Below are positions 37,707 through 45,877 of a DNA stretch of 49,674 nucleotides, in pieces; position 1 is the first letter of the stretch; the number at the start of each line of letters is the position of its first letter. The stretch lies in the IMG/VR virus record IMGVR_UViG_3300020045_001314, positions 1 through 49,674 of that record; one strand, written 5' to 3'. The notes under the pieces were generated by a model. That model saw only the letters and a program-made list of their open reading frames with translations. It ran no database searches and was not told where the DNA came from. The stretch comes from a virus. Its lineage: Duplodnaviria > Caudoviricetes. Position numbers and translations under genes: made by a program.

Positions 37707-38090
37707 TTATTCATAACACCCACCTACGGTCATCATAAACGCGCCAGTAGCGCCGGATGGCAGAATGTCATCAACCACGCCTGCCGTGTCTGCGTCGGTA
37801 ATCATTCCAAGCAGGCGATCGAATGTTTCTTGAAGCGTGCCGTATTTGTAGGATTTACTCATCACATCAAGGCCGACAGAAGCAGTTTGCCGGACGCCGT
37901 TAATGGATTGCAGCGCCACCAAATACAGCTTGATTAGCCGAATCTTGGCGTCAGTGTATGCTGCCGTTGCAAAGTCGGCATCTTTGCTGTCAGCGGTCTC
38001 GATAAACGCTTCGACCTCAATATCAGTCAGCGGCTCGAAACCTAGCTTCTTGATAAACGCCGCGCATTCACTCTGCGTAACTGTCGCCAT
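37707..38090 (-). CDS. Head-tail adaptor protein
   Basis: Size and synteny; LIKLYLVAL, DTAG motifs. Confidence 0.6.
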   Translation of the reverse strand: MATVTQSECAAFIKKLGFEPLTDIEVEAFIETADSKDADFATAAYTDAKIRLIKLYLVALQSINGVRQTASVGLDVMSKSYKYGTLQETFDRLLGMITDADTAGVVDDILPSGATGAFMMTVGGCYE

Positions 38091-38310
38091 TTTTTACCTT
38101 CTTTAGATACATGACGCAATGCACCGCTCTCTCGATGGCAAAAAATACTGCACCAACGCATGACACAATCAGGGTGATTTCTGACCACGGGATCGCCATT
38201 ACATAACTACTCACACCAACAGTCCCCGATGCCGCGCCAGCCACTTTGCTAGCTGTTGAAATTGCGTCACCAGCCGGCGACTCCATCACCTTAGAAATTT
38301 TATCAAACAT
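38068..38310 (-). CDS. Putative holin (small membrane protein)
   Basis: Hydrophobic segments and a basic C-terminus; no holin beside the endolysin. Confidence 0.5.
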   Translation of the reverse strand: MFDKISKVMESPAGDAISTASKVAGAASGTVGVSSYVMAIPWSEITLIVSCVGAVFFAIERAVHCVMYLKKVKNGDSYAE

Positions 38311-38341
38311 GTTTAAAAGTCTGTTGGTTTGTGGTATTGGT

Positions 38342-38382
38342 CGATTTTATCACAGATGGAAAAAAGCCGCTTGAAGGCGGCT
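38342..38382 (-). promoter_or_regulatory. Terminator (38365-38382) followed by late-type extended -10 GTGATAAAATCG (38342-38353)
   Basis: Third exact copy of the 12-mer. Confidence 0.65.
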
Positions 38383-39229
38383 ATGAGGCAATCGAGGCGG
38401 GTATTTCGGCGAATACAATTACCAGATCAATGTCTTGTGTTGCTGTGCTTGTGTTTTTAATCTCAGCAAAGAAACCAGCGCCGCCAGCTTGATAAATCGT
38501 GAATCCCTGCTCAGGCGATAATGTTCCTGCAGGCCTACCGCTTTGCCCGGCAACCGTGCCAGCGCCAGAGCGGATTATTATGCGCTTATCTGTTCCAAGC
38601 GTGGTTGGCGCTGTCGAGTTGTATTGGATTGTTGATAGCGCCGTTTGCTGTGGTGCTCTGTCACTCTGGTTGTATGCTGTAAGCGAGTCAGTTGGAGTCC
38701 ACCCACTTGATCCGGTGTATAGGCGGTAAGTTGCACCAGCAACGTCAGGAGACAGAGTTCTGCTGATAATCGCAATCTCTCTATCGGCTGGCGGAGTGAA
38801 CTTTAACCACCTAACTCCGCCAGCGGTGACGCCAGCAAACGTAAACGCTAGCCTGTACTCGATGCCAAGCAATGCAAACGACTCTGCGTTTGTTATCGCT
38901 GCGGTCTGCAACTTCGGCTGCGTCAGGTTAGGATACGACCTAAGCGCCGACTCTAGCGCAAAATTTTCAGCGTACTGCACAGAAACCCTGCTTCCAGATA
39001 CGCAAGCCATCCATACGGTAGTATTTGGCGGAATAACCAAGTCTCCGCCAATATCTAGCCAGTTACCGTCTTTTTCATCGATAGTTGGTGATGATGCAGA
39101 AGCAGCCCATCGGATTTGCTCAATGCCAAGATTGAACACGCGCAGCGGCTTGTTTACATCCAGGCCACTATTCGCCGTGATGTTAGTCCATTGCGCGCCT
39201 ACTGGTATTGCAGCTATGAAATCAGGCAT
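38381..39229 (-). CDS. Probable virion accessory protein
   Basis: Thr/Gly/Ala-rich; in the structural module; coupled to the SGNH gene. Confidence 0.65.
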   Translation of the reverse strand: MPDFIAAIPVGAQWTNITANSGLDVNKPLRVFNLGIEQIRWAASASSPTIDEKDGNWLDIGGDLVIPPNTTVWMACVSGSRVSVQYAENFALESALRSYPNLTQPKLQTAAITNAESFALLGIEYRLAFTFAGVTAGGVRWLKFTPPADREIAIISRTLSPDVAGATYRLYTGSSGWTPTDSLTAYNQSDRAPQQTALSTIQYNSTAPTTLGTDKRIIIRSGAGTVAGQSGRPAGTLSPEQGFTIYQAGGAGFFAEIKNTSTATQDIDLVIVFAEIPASIAS

Positions 39230-40601
39230 ATCTAATTCCAAGTGATTTTACGATTACCGTTCCGGTTGATGCCGCTGAACCAACGCCGAATGCGCGAACT
39301 AGCAAGCTTACCGCTGTAGCGCCTTCTGGCACGGTGATGGGCTGAGTCATCCACACCCCGCTGATGGCATCAGCTGGCATCAAGCTGTTATTGTCATACC
39401 GCTCACCATCCCACACATAAACACTTGTGGTATCGGCTAGTGTCACTTGAATGCCTAGTTGCAAGGATGTGATATTGCTAGACGATGCATTCATTTCCAT
39501 ATCTGCGACAACGTAAACGCTACGACCTGCGGTGATTGACGATACAAGTCCGGTAACTCGCATCAAGTCAAGAGTTGGGTTTGTGCCGCTTGCCGCCGTT
39601 CCGCCAATGACGACTTGTTGATAGCCTTCTGCTGTCTTGCTATAGACGCGAGTGATGCCACCAACTGTTGATCCTGCTGATGCATTATAGCTAGTTGCGA
39701 GCGAGCCAGAGCCGCCGGTGCCAAGCGTGCCGCCTGCTGTTCCGTCAAGCATAGGATTGGCATTCAGCCATAAATCCGGCATGGAGTTGCTAGTTGGCAG
39801 CACAGATGGAGCGGCTGGGTAGTTTGCGATTATTTGGTCAGCTAATGCCTTGTAGCCAATAAGATATGCGCACTTAGTTGCCGGATGCAGCCCGTCAATA
39901 GTGATACCTGGCAGCACATCGCCCGTGGTGCTTGTCTTGACTGCGATATTAGGCCATGAGTCAACTGGATAAACTTGGCGCTCACCGCGCAAACTCAATA
40001 TCCAGTCATGCACTTCAATGTGCGCTTTCAACTGCGCAGTATTCAGGCGGTAGTTGGTAAATGTCGTGTCACCGCGTGGCAATTCAGCATCTAAGTACAC
40101 GTCCTTGCCAGCAGCAACAAGGCGATCGACAATGTATCGCAGATTGATGATCGTTTGCGCCGATGACAGCGTTGCGCGGTCATTGGTGCCAGCCAGCACA
40201 TAGAAGCTGTCAGGATAGCTAGCGCATGCCTGTTCGAGCAAGTTATCTATGATGTCTTGCGTGTTGTATCCGCCAACTGAAAAGTTGTAGGATGAATGAA
40301 ACGCCAGGCGCTGGCGTGACTTCATACATGCCCAGTGTAATGGCCCGATGTTTTCGCTGATACCATTCTTGCCTGAGTTGTTTGACCTGCTGTCACCCAG
40401 CATGCCAATGATTGAGTTTTTTACCGTCTTTGCTTCCTGTAGGGACTTCCCGCTGGTTGTTTCATACCGCACGGCATTCCGGTAATCAACGCCGTCCCAA
40501 ATCATATAGACCACGGACGGGTCTGGTTTAACTGGAATATCTTTTGCGCTGCGGACGTACTTCACGCCGCTTGTATCGAATGGAACAAAACCTGTAGGCA
40601 T
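39222..40601 (-). CDS. SGNH/GDSL hydrolase with C-terminal carbohydrate-binding-like domain
   Basis: Complete SGNH blocks: LGDSR, NFSVGG, AGTND, DGLHP. Confidence 0.85.
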   Translation of the reverse strand: MPTGFVPFDTSGVKYVRSAKDIPVKPDPSVVYMIWDGVDYRNAVRYETTSGKSLQEAKTVKNSIIGMLGDSRSNNSGKNGISENIGPLHWACMKSRQRLAFHSSYNFSVGGYNTQDIIDNLLEQACASYPDSFYVLAGTNDRATLSSAQTIINLRYIVDRLVAAGKDVYLDAELPRGDTTFTNYRLNTAQLKAHIEVHDWILSLRGERQVYPVDSWPNIAVKTSTTGDVLPGITIDGLHPATKCAYLIGYKALADQIIANYPAAPSVLPTSNSMPDLWLNANPMLDGTAGGTLGTGGSGSLATSYNASAGSTVGGITRVYSKTAEGYQQVVIGGTAASGTNPTLDLMRVTGLVSSITAGRSVYVVADMEMNASSSNITSLQLGIQVTLADTTSVYVWDGERYDNNSLMPADAISGVWMTQPITVPEGATAVSLLVRAFGVGSAASTGTVIVKSLGIRYA

Positions 40602-40632
40602 GATATGCGTCTCGCAGTTGATTACTATCTGC

Positions 40633-40672
40633 GCATTATATCACATAAGAAAAAGCCCTCACTCGGAGGGCT
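40633..40672 (-). promoter_or_regulatory. Terminator (40654-40672) followed by extended -10 GTGATATAATGC (40633-40644)
   Basis: AGCCCTC/GAGGGCT stem with U tract; perfect TGnTATAAT. Confidence 0.65.
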
Positions 40673-40678
40673 GTTGTT

Positions 40679-40978
40679 TCATTCTGCCGTTTTCGCTGGG
40701 CGGCCGCGCTTTGGCTTTAGTTGCTCAGTAGTTCCGCGCTCATTTACGGGCATGTAATGCGAAGGAATTGGACCGCCGTGTAGATTTTCGGTGTGCGGCG
40801 CGTCATCGTCTTCATCACTTTCTTCGTTATCGTCACCTGGCGTTGCCACTTCAAGCCCTGCCTCTTCAATCAACTCAAACGAACCAGCCGGAAACACATC
40901 ACCAAGTTCGCCATCTGTCTCGATAACATCACCGGATTTCATGCCGCCAAAGTCTTCATTCAACTTGTACTTTTTCAT
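40679..40978 (-). CDS. Small acidic head-associated protein with C-terminal KRGRP motif
   Basis: GGAG RBS; directly follows the major capsid gene. Confidence 0.7.
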   Translation of the reverse strand: MKKYKLNEDFGGMKSGDVIETDGELGDVFPAGSFELIEEAGLEVATPGDDNEESDEDDDAPHTENLHGGPIPSHYMPVNERGTTEQLKPKRGRPAKTAE

Positions 40979-40996
40979 TTTTCACTCCAAAAAATT

Positions 40997-41017
40997 AGGG
41001 CTCCATTGCGGAGCCCT
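40997..41017 (-). terminator. Terminator after major capsid gene
   Basis: AGGGCTCC/GGAGCCCT stem followed by AATTTTTT on the minus strand. Confidence 0.75.
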
Positions 41018-41038
41018 TAAACTATAAGCGATTACGGA

Positions 41039-42151
41039 TTAGGCGACAACAGAGAAGTTGAACACGCCAGCCTTGCCGTTGATGTCTGCGCGAACCTGCA
41101 GACCCATGGCGCCGTAAATCATGAAGTTATAGTTGTCCATCGGGTTTGCGCGCATCATAGGAACAACTGCAACTGAAGCGCCAACCAGGGGGCGCACGAA
41201 GTCTTGGCTGCGCACATAACCGAACATCGCTTGGCCGCCAGACAGCTTGAAGGTTGTCTTGATAGCGCCGATGCGGCCAAAGGTCAGCAAGTAGCTTTCC
41301 AGTGTGCCTTCCTTGAAGCCAGCAGACCCGCTATACGGGCGAGACAGCACGCGGCGAATTTCAGGGGAAATCCACAGCACGTCAATTCGGTCTACGAAGT
41401 TGTTGTCCAGCGCTGCGGCAACGTACTGATTGAAGAACGCGATGATCTCATCGTTGGTAGCGGTGGTAAGGTTGATGTTTGCGCCAGCCAAACCGCCAAC
41501 GGTGCCAGAGCCCATGTTGACTTGGTAGGTGTTGCGGTGGTTGCGGATACCTTGACCAACCGCGCCATCAACCTTGATCTTGGTGTCACCGGTCAGCATG
41601 TAGTCGGCGATGTTAGACAGAACCCACTTCATTTTCAGCGCTTGCGCATCAGTGGCAAAGTCGATTGCCTCGGTAAGACCGCCAACAGCCTTGCGGTAGT
41701 TAACGCCATAGCCAGCGGTGAAGGTCGGGATTGGGTCAGAGTCGTACACGTTTTCGTTGTGATCGAAATCGGTGGGAGTCTTGAAATCCATGCTGCGGTT
41801 AACGCCAGTGGAAACATCAGTGCCCTTGGCGTATGCGTTGGAAGTCTTGCCGATTGACAATGGCTTGGCCAGACCCATCAGGTCGGTAAGGAACTCGCGA
41901 CCCTGGTCGTTGTCCTTAACCTGAATGCTGGTGCGGTCGGTTTCGCGCCAGAAGTCCAGCGCAGGCTTGCCAGCGTTAGCCTCCAAACCAGAGCGTTGCT
42001 CAGTGGTCAGCTGGTTGCCATACATATCGACAAACATCTGATTCTGACGGGTGAAAACTTTACGCTGAGACATCATCTCGGCGTGCTGTGATTGGCTTGC
42101 TCGCACATTGGCGCTGTTGCCAGTCAGGATTTTGTCATCAAAAACTAACAT
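41039..42151 (-). CDS. Major capsid protein
   Basis: 370 aa; strong codon bias (long antisense ORF shadow); protease-decoration-capsid-terminator order; NYNFMIYGAMGLQVRAD C-terminus. Confidence 0.88.
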   Translation of the reverse strand: MLVFDDKILTGNSANVRASQSQHAEMMSQRKVFTRQNQMFVDMYGNQLTTEQRSGLEANAGKPALDFWRETDRTSIQVKDNDQGREFLTDLMGLAKPLSIGKTSNAYAKGTDVSTGVNRSMDFKTPTDFDHNENVYDSDPIPTFTAGYGVNYRKAVGGLTEAIDFATDAQALKMKWVLSNIADYMLTGDTKIKVDGAVGQGIRNHRNTYQVNMGSGTVGGLAGANINLTTATNDEIIAFFNQYVAAALDNNFVDRIDVLWISPEIRRVLSRPYSGSAGFKEGTLESYLLTFGRIGAIKTTFKLSGGQAMFGYVRSQDFVRPLVGASVAVVPMMRANPMDNYNFMIYGAMGLQVRADINGKAGVFNFSVVA

Positions 42152-42161
42152 TCTTAGCCCC

Positions 42162-42593
42162 TTATGCGAAACGAACTTTCACCAGTTGAGCGGCGGCGCC
42201 CACGGTGATAATTTCTTGAGAGTAGGCGATTACCTCATCGGTGCCCAACACGGCAACGCGCAAAGTGCCATCACCTGCTGAGGTCAGCGGAGTATCTTCT
42301 ACCAGCACAGCCAAAGCCTTAACCAGCACCGCCAACATGCGCCCAGTCTCTGCAATCTCGCCAACAATGGTTGATGCAGCAGCGATAGTGTCGGCCGATT
42401 GCTGGCCTTCGCACTCGTTGGTGTTTACGATGTAGATTGCGTCTTGCTTCTTGCCGTCAGTTGAATGCTTGACGAAGGTCTGACCGGACATCTTTACGAC
42501 GTTACCGGCCAGCAGCGTAATAGCGCCGGAAAGTTTGGTTTTGGTGATGCTCAACCCATCAAGGTTGATTCGAGCGAAACGACCGATAGCCAT
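42162..42593 (-). CDS. Head decoration protein
   Basis: 143 aa between protease and capsid genes; LTSAGDGTL motif. Confidence 0.75.
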   Translation of the reverse strand: MAIGRFARINLDGLSITKTKLSGAITLLAGNVVKMSGQTFVKHSTDGKKQDAIYIVNTNECEGQQSADTIAAASTIVGEIAETGRMLAVLVKALAVLVEDTPLTSAGDGTLRVAVLGTDEVIAYSQEIITVGAAAQLVKVRFA

Positions 42594-42596
42594 GTC

Positions 42597-43814
42597 TTAG
42601 TCCTCGATCTTGTAGTTGGCGAAAATGTCAGATTCTTGGTCAGATGAACGACCAGGCAGCAGACCAGCGGCAGGCAACTTTTGATTGGCGACCATTTCTT
42701 GCAGCGCAACCACGCCACATTCCTTGGCGGCAGCTTCGGTCATCAACTTTGCGTTTACTACCTGTTCAACCAGCTTTGCCTTTTCGGCATCGGCTTGTGC
42801 TTTGGCGTTTGCTGCCAAACCTGCGGCGATACCGTCAGCGACAGCCTTTGCGATTGCATCAGAATTTACCGCGAGAGGCGCAGTGGCATCCTGAATCATT
42901 TTTAACACTTCTTCTTTTTCCACAATATTACCCTCGCGGTCGTGGTTTTGGATGGATTCTTGTTCCGGTGTTGATTTTACCATATTTTTTATCGCGTCGA
43001 GCAAAGCCGCTAATCGACCACCTTTCAGTTCAAGGATAACTTTTCCTTCTACGCCTTCTTCTTCACCGTTTGGCATATTGACGTACATAACCTCGACTTC
43101 TTCCGGTGCTCCGTCAGCATTAACGAAGATACCAACGCCTTGTGATGGAGTGGCTGCCCCTTCTTCATTCAGCAAAATGGCATCATGGTTGAATCCGTCA
43201 ATTTCAGCTCGGTACTTGTAGTCCTGACCAGACTCATTAGTGCCAAGCTCAGGAATGCGCTTGAGGTATACGCCAGTTGAGGTGTGAATTGGCTGCTTGT
43301 GCTTGATAGCTTCTGCTAAGTTCTTTCCGCGCTTGGTGTTTTGCAGCTGCTCAGTTGGGATGTACTTATCAACCAGCCATGACCCGTCTTCCGCCTGCCC
43401 TCGCAGCTTGTTGAACGCTCCGCCTAGTCCGTGCTTTGCCTGACTCATCATGTCATAGGCGTCTGCAAACTTTCCATTTACAACTGGATGGCCAAGCGTG
43501 ACAGGTGAGCCGTCCAGCGTCTTGATGGTCTTGGCGACATCATCGGTAGGATACAGAATGCCATTCATGACGATATTCGGCGGCAGCGTCTTACTTGGCA
43601 GCACGGTAAAATCAACGCCTTCAATTGTCTCGGTGCGGATTTCTGAGTTGTTGACGAGTGAGGATATGTTTACCAGCAGTTGATTGTTGGCGTACTTCGC
43701 TTTGCGGATTTCGTCTTCGCGGTCTTTGGCTGCTTGCTCGCTGTCAAACTCGCCAAGCTTCTTGCTGCCATCTTTTGAGTAGAGGCACCATTTCTTGCCT
43801 TCTTGCTTAATCAT
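42597..43814 (-). CDS. Prohead protease/scaffold (DUF2213-like)
   Basis: VMNGILY, PVTLGHP, IHTSTG, NHDAILLNEEGAA; Ala-rich scaffold-like C-terminus. Confidence 0.85.
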   Translation of the reverse strand: MIKQEGKKWCLYSKDGSKKLGEFDSEQAAKDREDEIRKAKYANNQLLVNISSLVNNSEIRTETIEGVDFTVLPSKTLPPNIVMNGILYPTDDVAKTIKTLDGSPVTLGHPVVNGKFADAYDMMSQAKHGLGGAFNKLRGQAEDGSWLVDKYIPTEQLQNTKRGKNLAEAIKHKQPIHTSTGVYLKRIPELGTNESGQDYKYRAEIDGFNHDAILLNEEGAATPSQGVGIFVNADGAPEEVEVMYVNMPNGEEEGVEGKVILELKGGRLAALLDAIKNMVKSTPEQESIQNHDREGNIVEKEEVLKMIQDATAPLAVNSDAIAKAVADGIAAGLAANAKAQADAEKAKLVEQVVNAKLMTEAAAKECGVVALQEMVANQKLPAAGLLPGRSSDQESDIFANYKIED

Positions 43815-43841
43815 GTTTGCGCCCTGTTGGATACAATGACG

Positions 43842-43853
43842 CGATTATATCAT
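43842..43853 (-). promoter_or_regulatory. Late-type extended -10 ATGATATAATCG
   Basis: Perfect TGnTATAAT 28 bp upstream of the protease ATG. Confidence 0.65.
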
Positions 43854-43906
43854 GGGTAACGGCTATGGCGGGTAAAGTGAGGTTTAACTGGTGGAGCGGG
43901 TAAAAC

Positions 43907-43944
43907 AAAAAACCACCTAGCCGCAATGGATTGCGGAAGGCGGC
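43907..43944 (-). terminator. Intrinsic terminator closing the candidate ncRNA
   Basis: GCCGCCU-u-CCGCAAUCCAUUGCGG-cu-AGGUGGU followed by UUUUU on the minus strand. Confidence 0.65.
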
Positions 43945-44489
43945 CGAATTAGGTTGCCCCGTTGCAAGTGTGACAAGACATACGATTTACTGCATGAAAT
44001 GTGAGTGAATACATCCGAGGGCTTTAGCTATGCGCGGTAGCCTTCTTTAATATACATCGCCAGCATCCATCTGGCGTCCTATTTCTAGGTCTTGAGCGTT
44101 GCGCGATAACACTCAGGATTATCCTATAATCGTTATCCGCATACCATAATGCGGCGACGGAGTCCGAGGTTATCAAACACAACTGTGGATTGCACTGGTG
44201 CCCATACTCGCCGACATCGTAGAGCTTGCAGCTCGAATCTTGTGATGGACAAATCGGTGCCTTACTTCCAATGCAATCCCAGTTATGCCTTGTCTCTCCA
44301 AGTGTCGGGCTCTTTCGCCTTGTCTGTGCAATCACCAACCAAAGGAGGAGGCTGGCTTGCACTGCAAGCGGATATTGCTATTCTCAACGTCAATCTAGAC
44401 CCTATGAGCTAGATTGCTTTCACTTCCTATTGCTAGGCGATGATGGCGTCCGACTTGCCCCGCTTCATCCTTTATGCCCCTAAGCAATG
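43907..44489 (-). ncRNA. Candidate large (~580 nt) structured non-coding RNA
   Basis: Own promoter and terminator, no credible ORF, four GNRA hairpins, a long helix with minus-strand-specific G-U pairs. Confidence 0.65.
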
Positions 44490-44495
44490 AATCAA

Positions 44496-44524
44496 ACTCT
44501 ATACGCACTTTTACCGCATGTCAA
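44496..44524 (-). promoter_or_regulatory. Sigma70-like promoter TTGACA-N17-TAGAGT
   Basis: Consensus -35 overlapping the HD gene stop codon; points into the ORF-free region. Confidence 0.7.
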
Positions 44525-45066
44525 CAGCCATAATACGAATTAACAATATTTTTGCATTCAGCCATCAATTTTTCGTCTCCACCAACAAGCACACCAAGCA
44601 AAAGTTTCTTTTCTTCCATGTAAATTCCAGCGAACTTCCCGCCATGCTCAATGATTGATTTCGAGTTGCTTATCAAGTCCGCCAGCTTTACTGTTTTTGC
44701 TCTGTTGCTCGCTTTCGCCGTATGATATCTGTCGATTGCCTTTCTTGTTGCCCTGTTTCCGTCAGTCAAAACTGAAACATCTGACAACTCAGCAACCATC
44801 TGAGCAATGCCGAAACCAAGCCCGGCGTCAATCAATTTCCGCTTGGTTACTCCACAATCCTCGATAACATCATGCAGGAATGCGGCGCATATTGTTTCGC
44901 AATCATCGGTAACCGAGGCGACAATCTGCGCCACTTCTACAGGATGATTGATGTACGGCTCGCCAGTATATTTTCGCTTCTGCCCCTCATGCGCCTTCTC
45001 CGCAAAAGAGCAAGCAAAATCAATAAGCGCTTGGCTTCTGTCGTGCTTTATGCCGTGATTAATCAT
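44521..45066 (-). CDS. Stand-alone RelA/SpoT-type HD hydrolase (small alarmone hydrolase / Mesh1-like)
   Basis: AHEGQKRKYTGEPYINHP, AAFLHDVIED, VKLADLISN; start at the ATGA overlap. Confidence 0.88.
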   Translation of the reverse strand: MINHGIKHDRSQALIDFACSFAEKAHEGQKRKYTGEPYINHPVEVAQIVASVTDDCETICAAFLHDVIEDCGVTKRKLIDAGLGFGIAQMVAELSDVSVLTDGNRATRKAIDRYHTAKASNRAKTVKLADLISNSKSIIEHGGKFAGIYMEEKKLLLGVLVGGDEKLMAECKNIVNSYYGC

Positions 45067-45320
45067 GACAAACTTTCCTCCAGCTCCCTGCGCAACATCT
45101 CCAAGCATCCAACCGGATAAGCCTGGCGAGTAAGTCCGATAAATATCGAGCGCACTCTGTCAAATGTTATTGATGGCAACTGGCGAGCGACTGCTTTGCG
45201 GATTGCACGATTAGGCGCATCACGGTGCATCTCCGCTGCCAGCTCGACACTTACAAGCACGCGCAGGTATTCTAGAGCCTCGGCGTCTGTGCTGGTTATT
45301 TGGGAGATTTTGGTGGTCAC
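45063..45320 (-). CDS. Hypothetical protein
   Basis: GTGA/ATGA overlap coupling. Confidence 0.6.
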   Translation of the reverse strand: MTTKISQITSTDAEALEYLRVLVSVELAAEMHRDAPNRAIRKAVARQLPSITFDRVRSIFIGLTRQAYPVGCLEMLRRELEESLS

Positions 45321-45447
45321 ATCATCCACCCATCAATTCCGCCACATAAAATAATCAGCGCCAGCAGCAGTGCAGCTTTGATGCCTTGACGATTCCGTCG
45401 CATCCACATTTCAGCTTTGCCGTGTGGTTTTACGTTTATGTAGTCGA

Positions 45448-45630
45448 TCATGGTTGTTTCTCCATGAATATTACCTCTTGCTTGTCAGTTCTTTCTTGAG
45501 CGAAACATGCCACACCGGGGCACAGAGTGTCATCGAATGCGCAACCATCGCATGTTGGACCAAAATCATTAACAGCAGATTGCACTGCTATGTATATTTT
45601 TCCATAATAGCAAAACTCATTCTCATTCAT
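45448..45630 (-). CDS. 60-aa Cys-rich protein, paralogue of 6998-7177
   Basis: MNENEFCYYGKIYIA...CDGCAF...C...C...VIFMEKQP. Confidence 0.7.
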   Translation of the reverse strand: MNENEFCYYGKIYIAVQSAVNDFGPTCDGCAFDDTLCPGVACFAQERTDKQEVIFMEKQP

Positions 45631-45877
45631 TTGCATCTCTCCAATAACTTCCGCTCATTGAGCTTATAAGCTGCCACTTGCAATACTAAAGCGTCAAGCT
45701 CTTTAGATAGAAATTCAGCTCGTTTTTCTGCTGCTATCGCACGGGTTAGCGCGTCAGAGGCATGCTGCCTAGCTAACTGAATGTCACCGCTGTGTATTGC
45801 AGCGGACACCATCACCACCTCTTGAAGATTGGCGCACTTGTTGTATTTGCGCTTGTATTGTCTGCTGAGTAAATCCA

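Noticed and set aside
41204-41857. 217-aa antisense ORF in the capsid gene, and similar antisense ORFs in TMP, portal and primase
   Set aside because: Expected shadows of codon bias; no RBS or recognisable motifs
43889-44480. tmRNA/tRNA-Ala interpretation (minus-strand GGGGC near the 5' end and GCUCCACCA at 43889-43897)
   Set aside because: Only 5 bp of acceptor stem, no T-arm before the CCA, the CCA lies beyond the predicted terminator, and the span is much longer than a tmRNA; cmscan should still confirm
44024-44483. ORFs 44024-44362 (-), 44149-44412 (+) and 44226-44483 (+)
   Set aside because: No convincing RBS or coupling and atypical composition; better explained as shadows of a structured RNA
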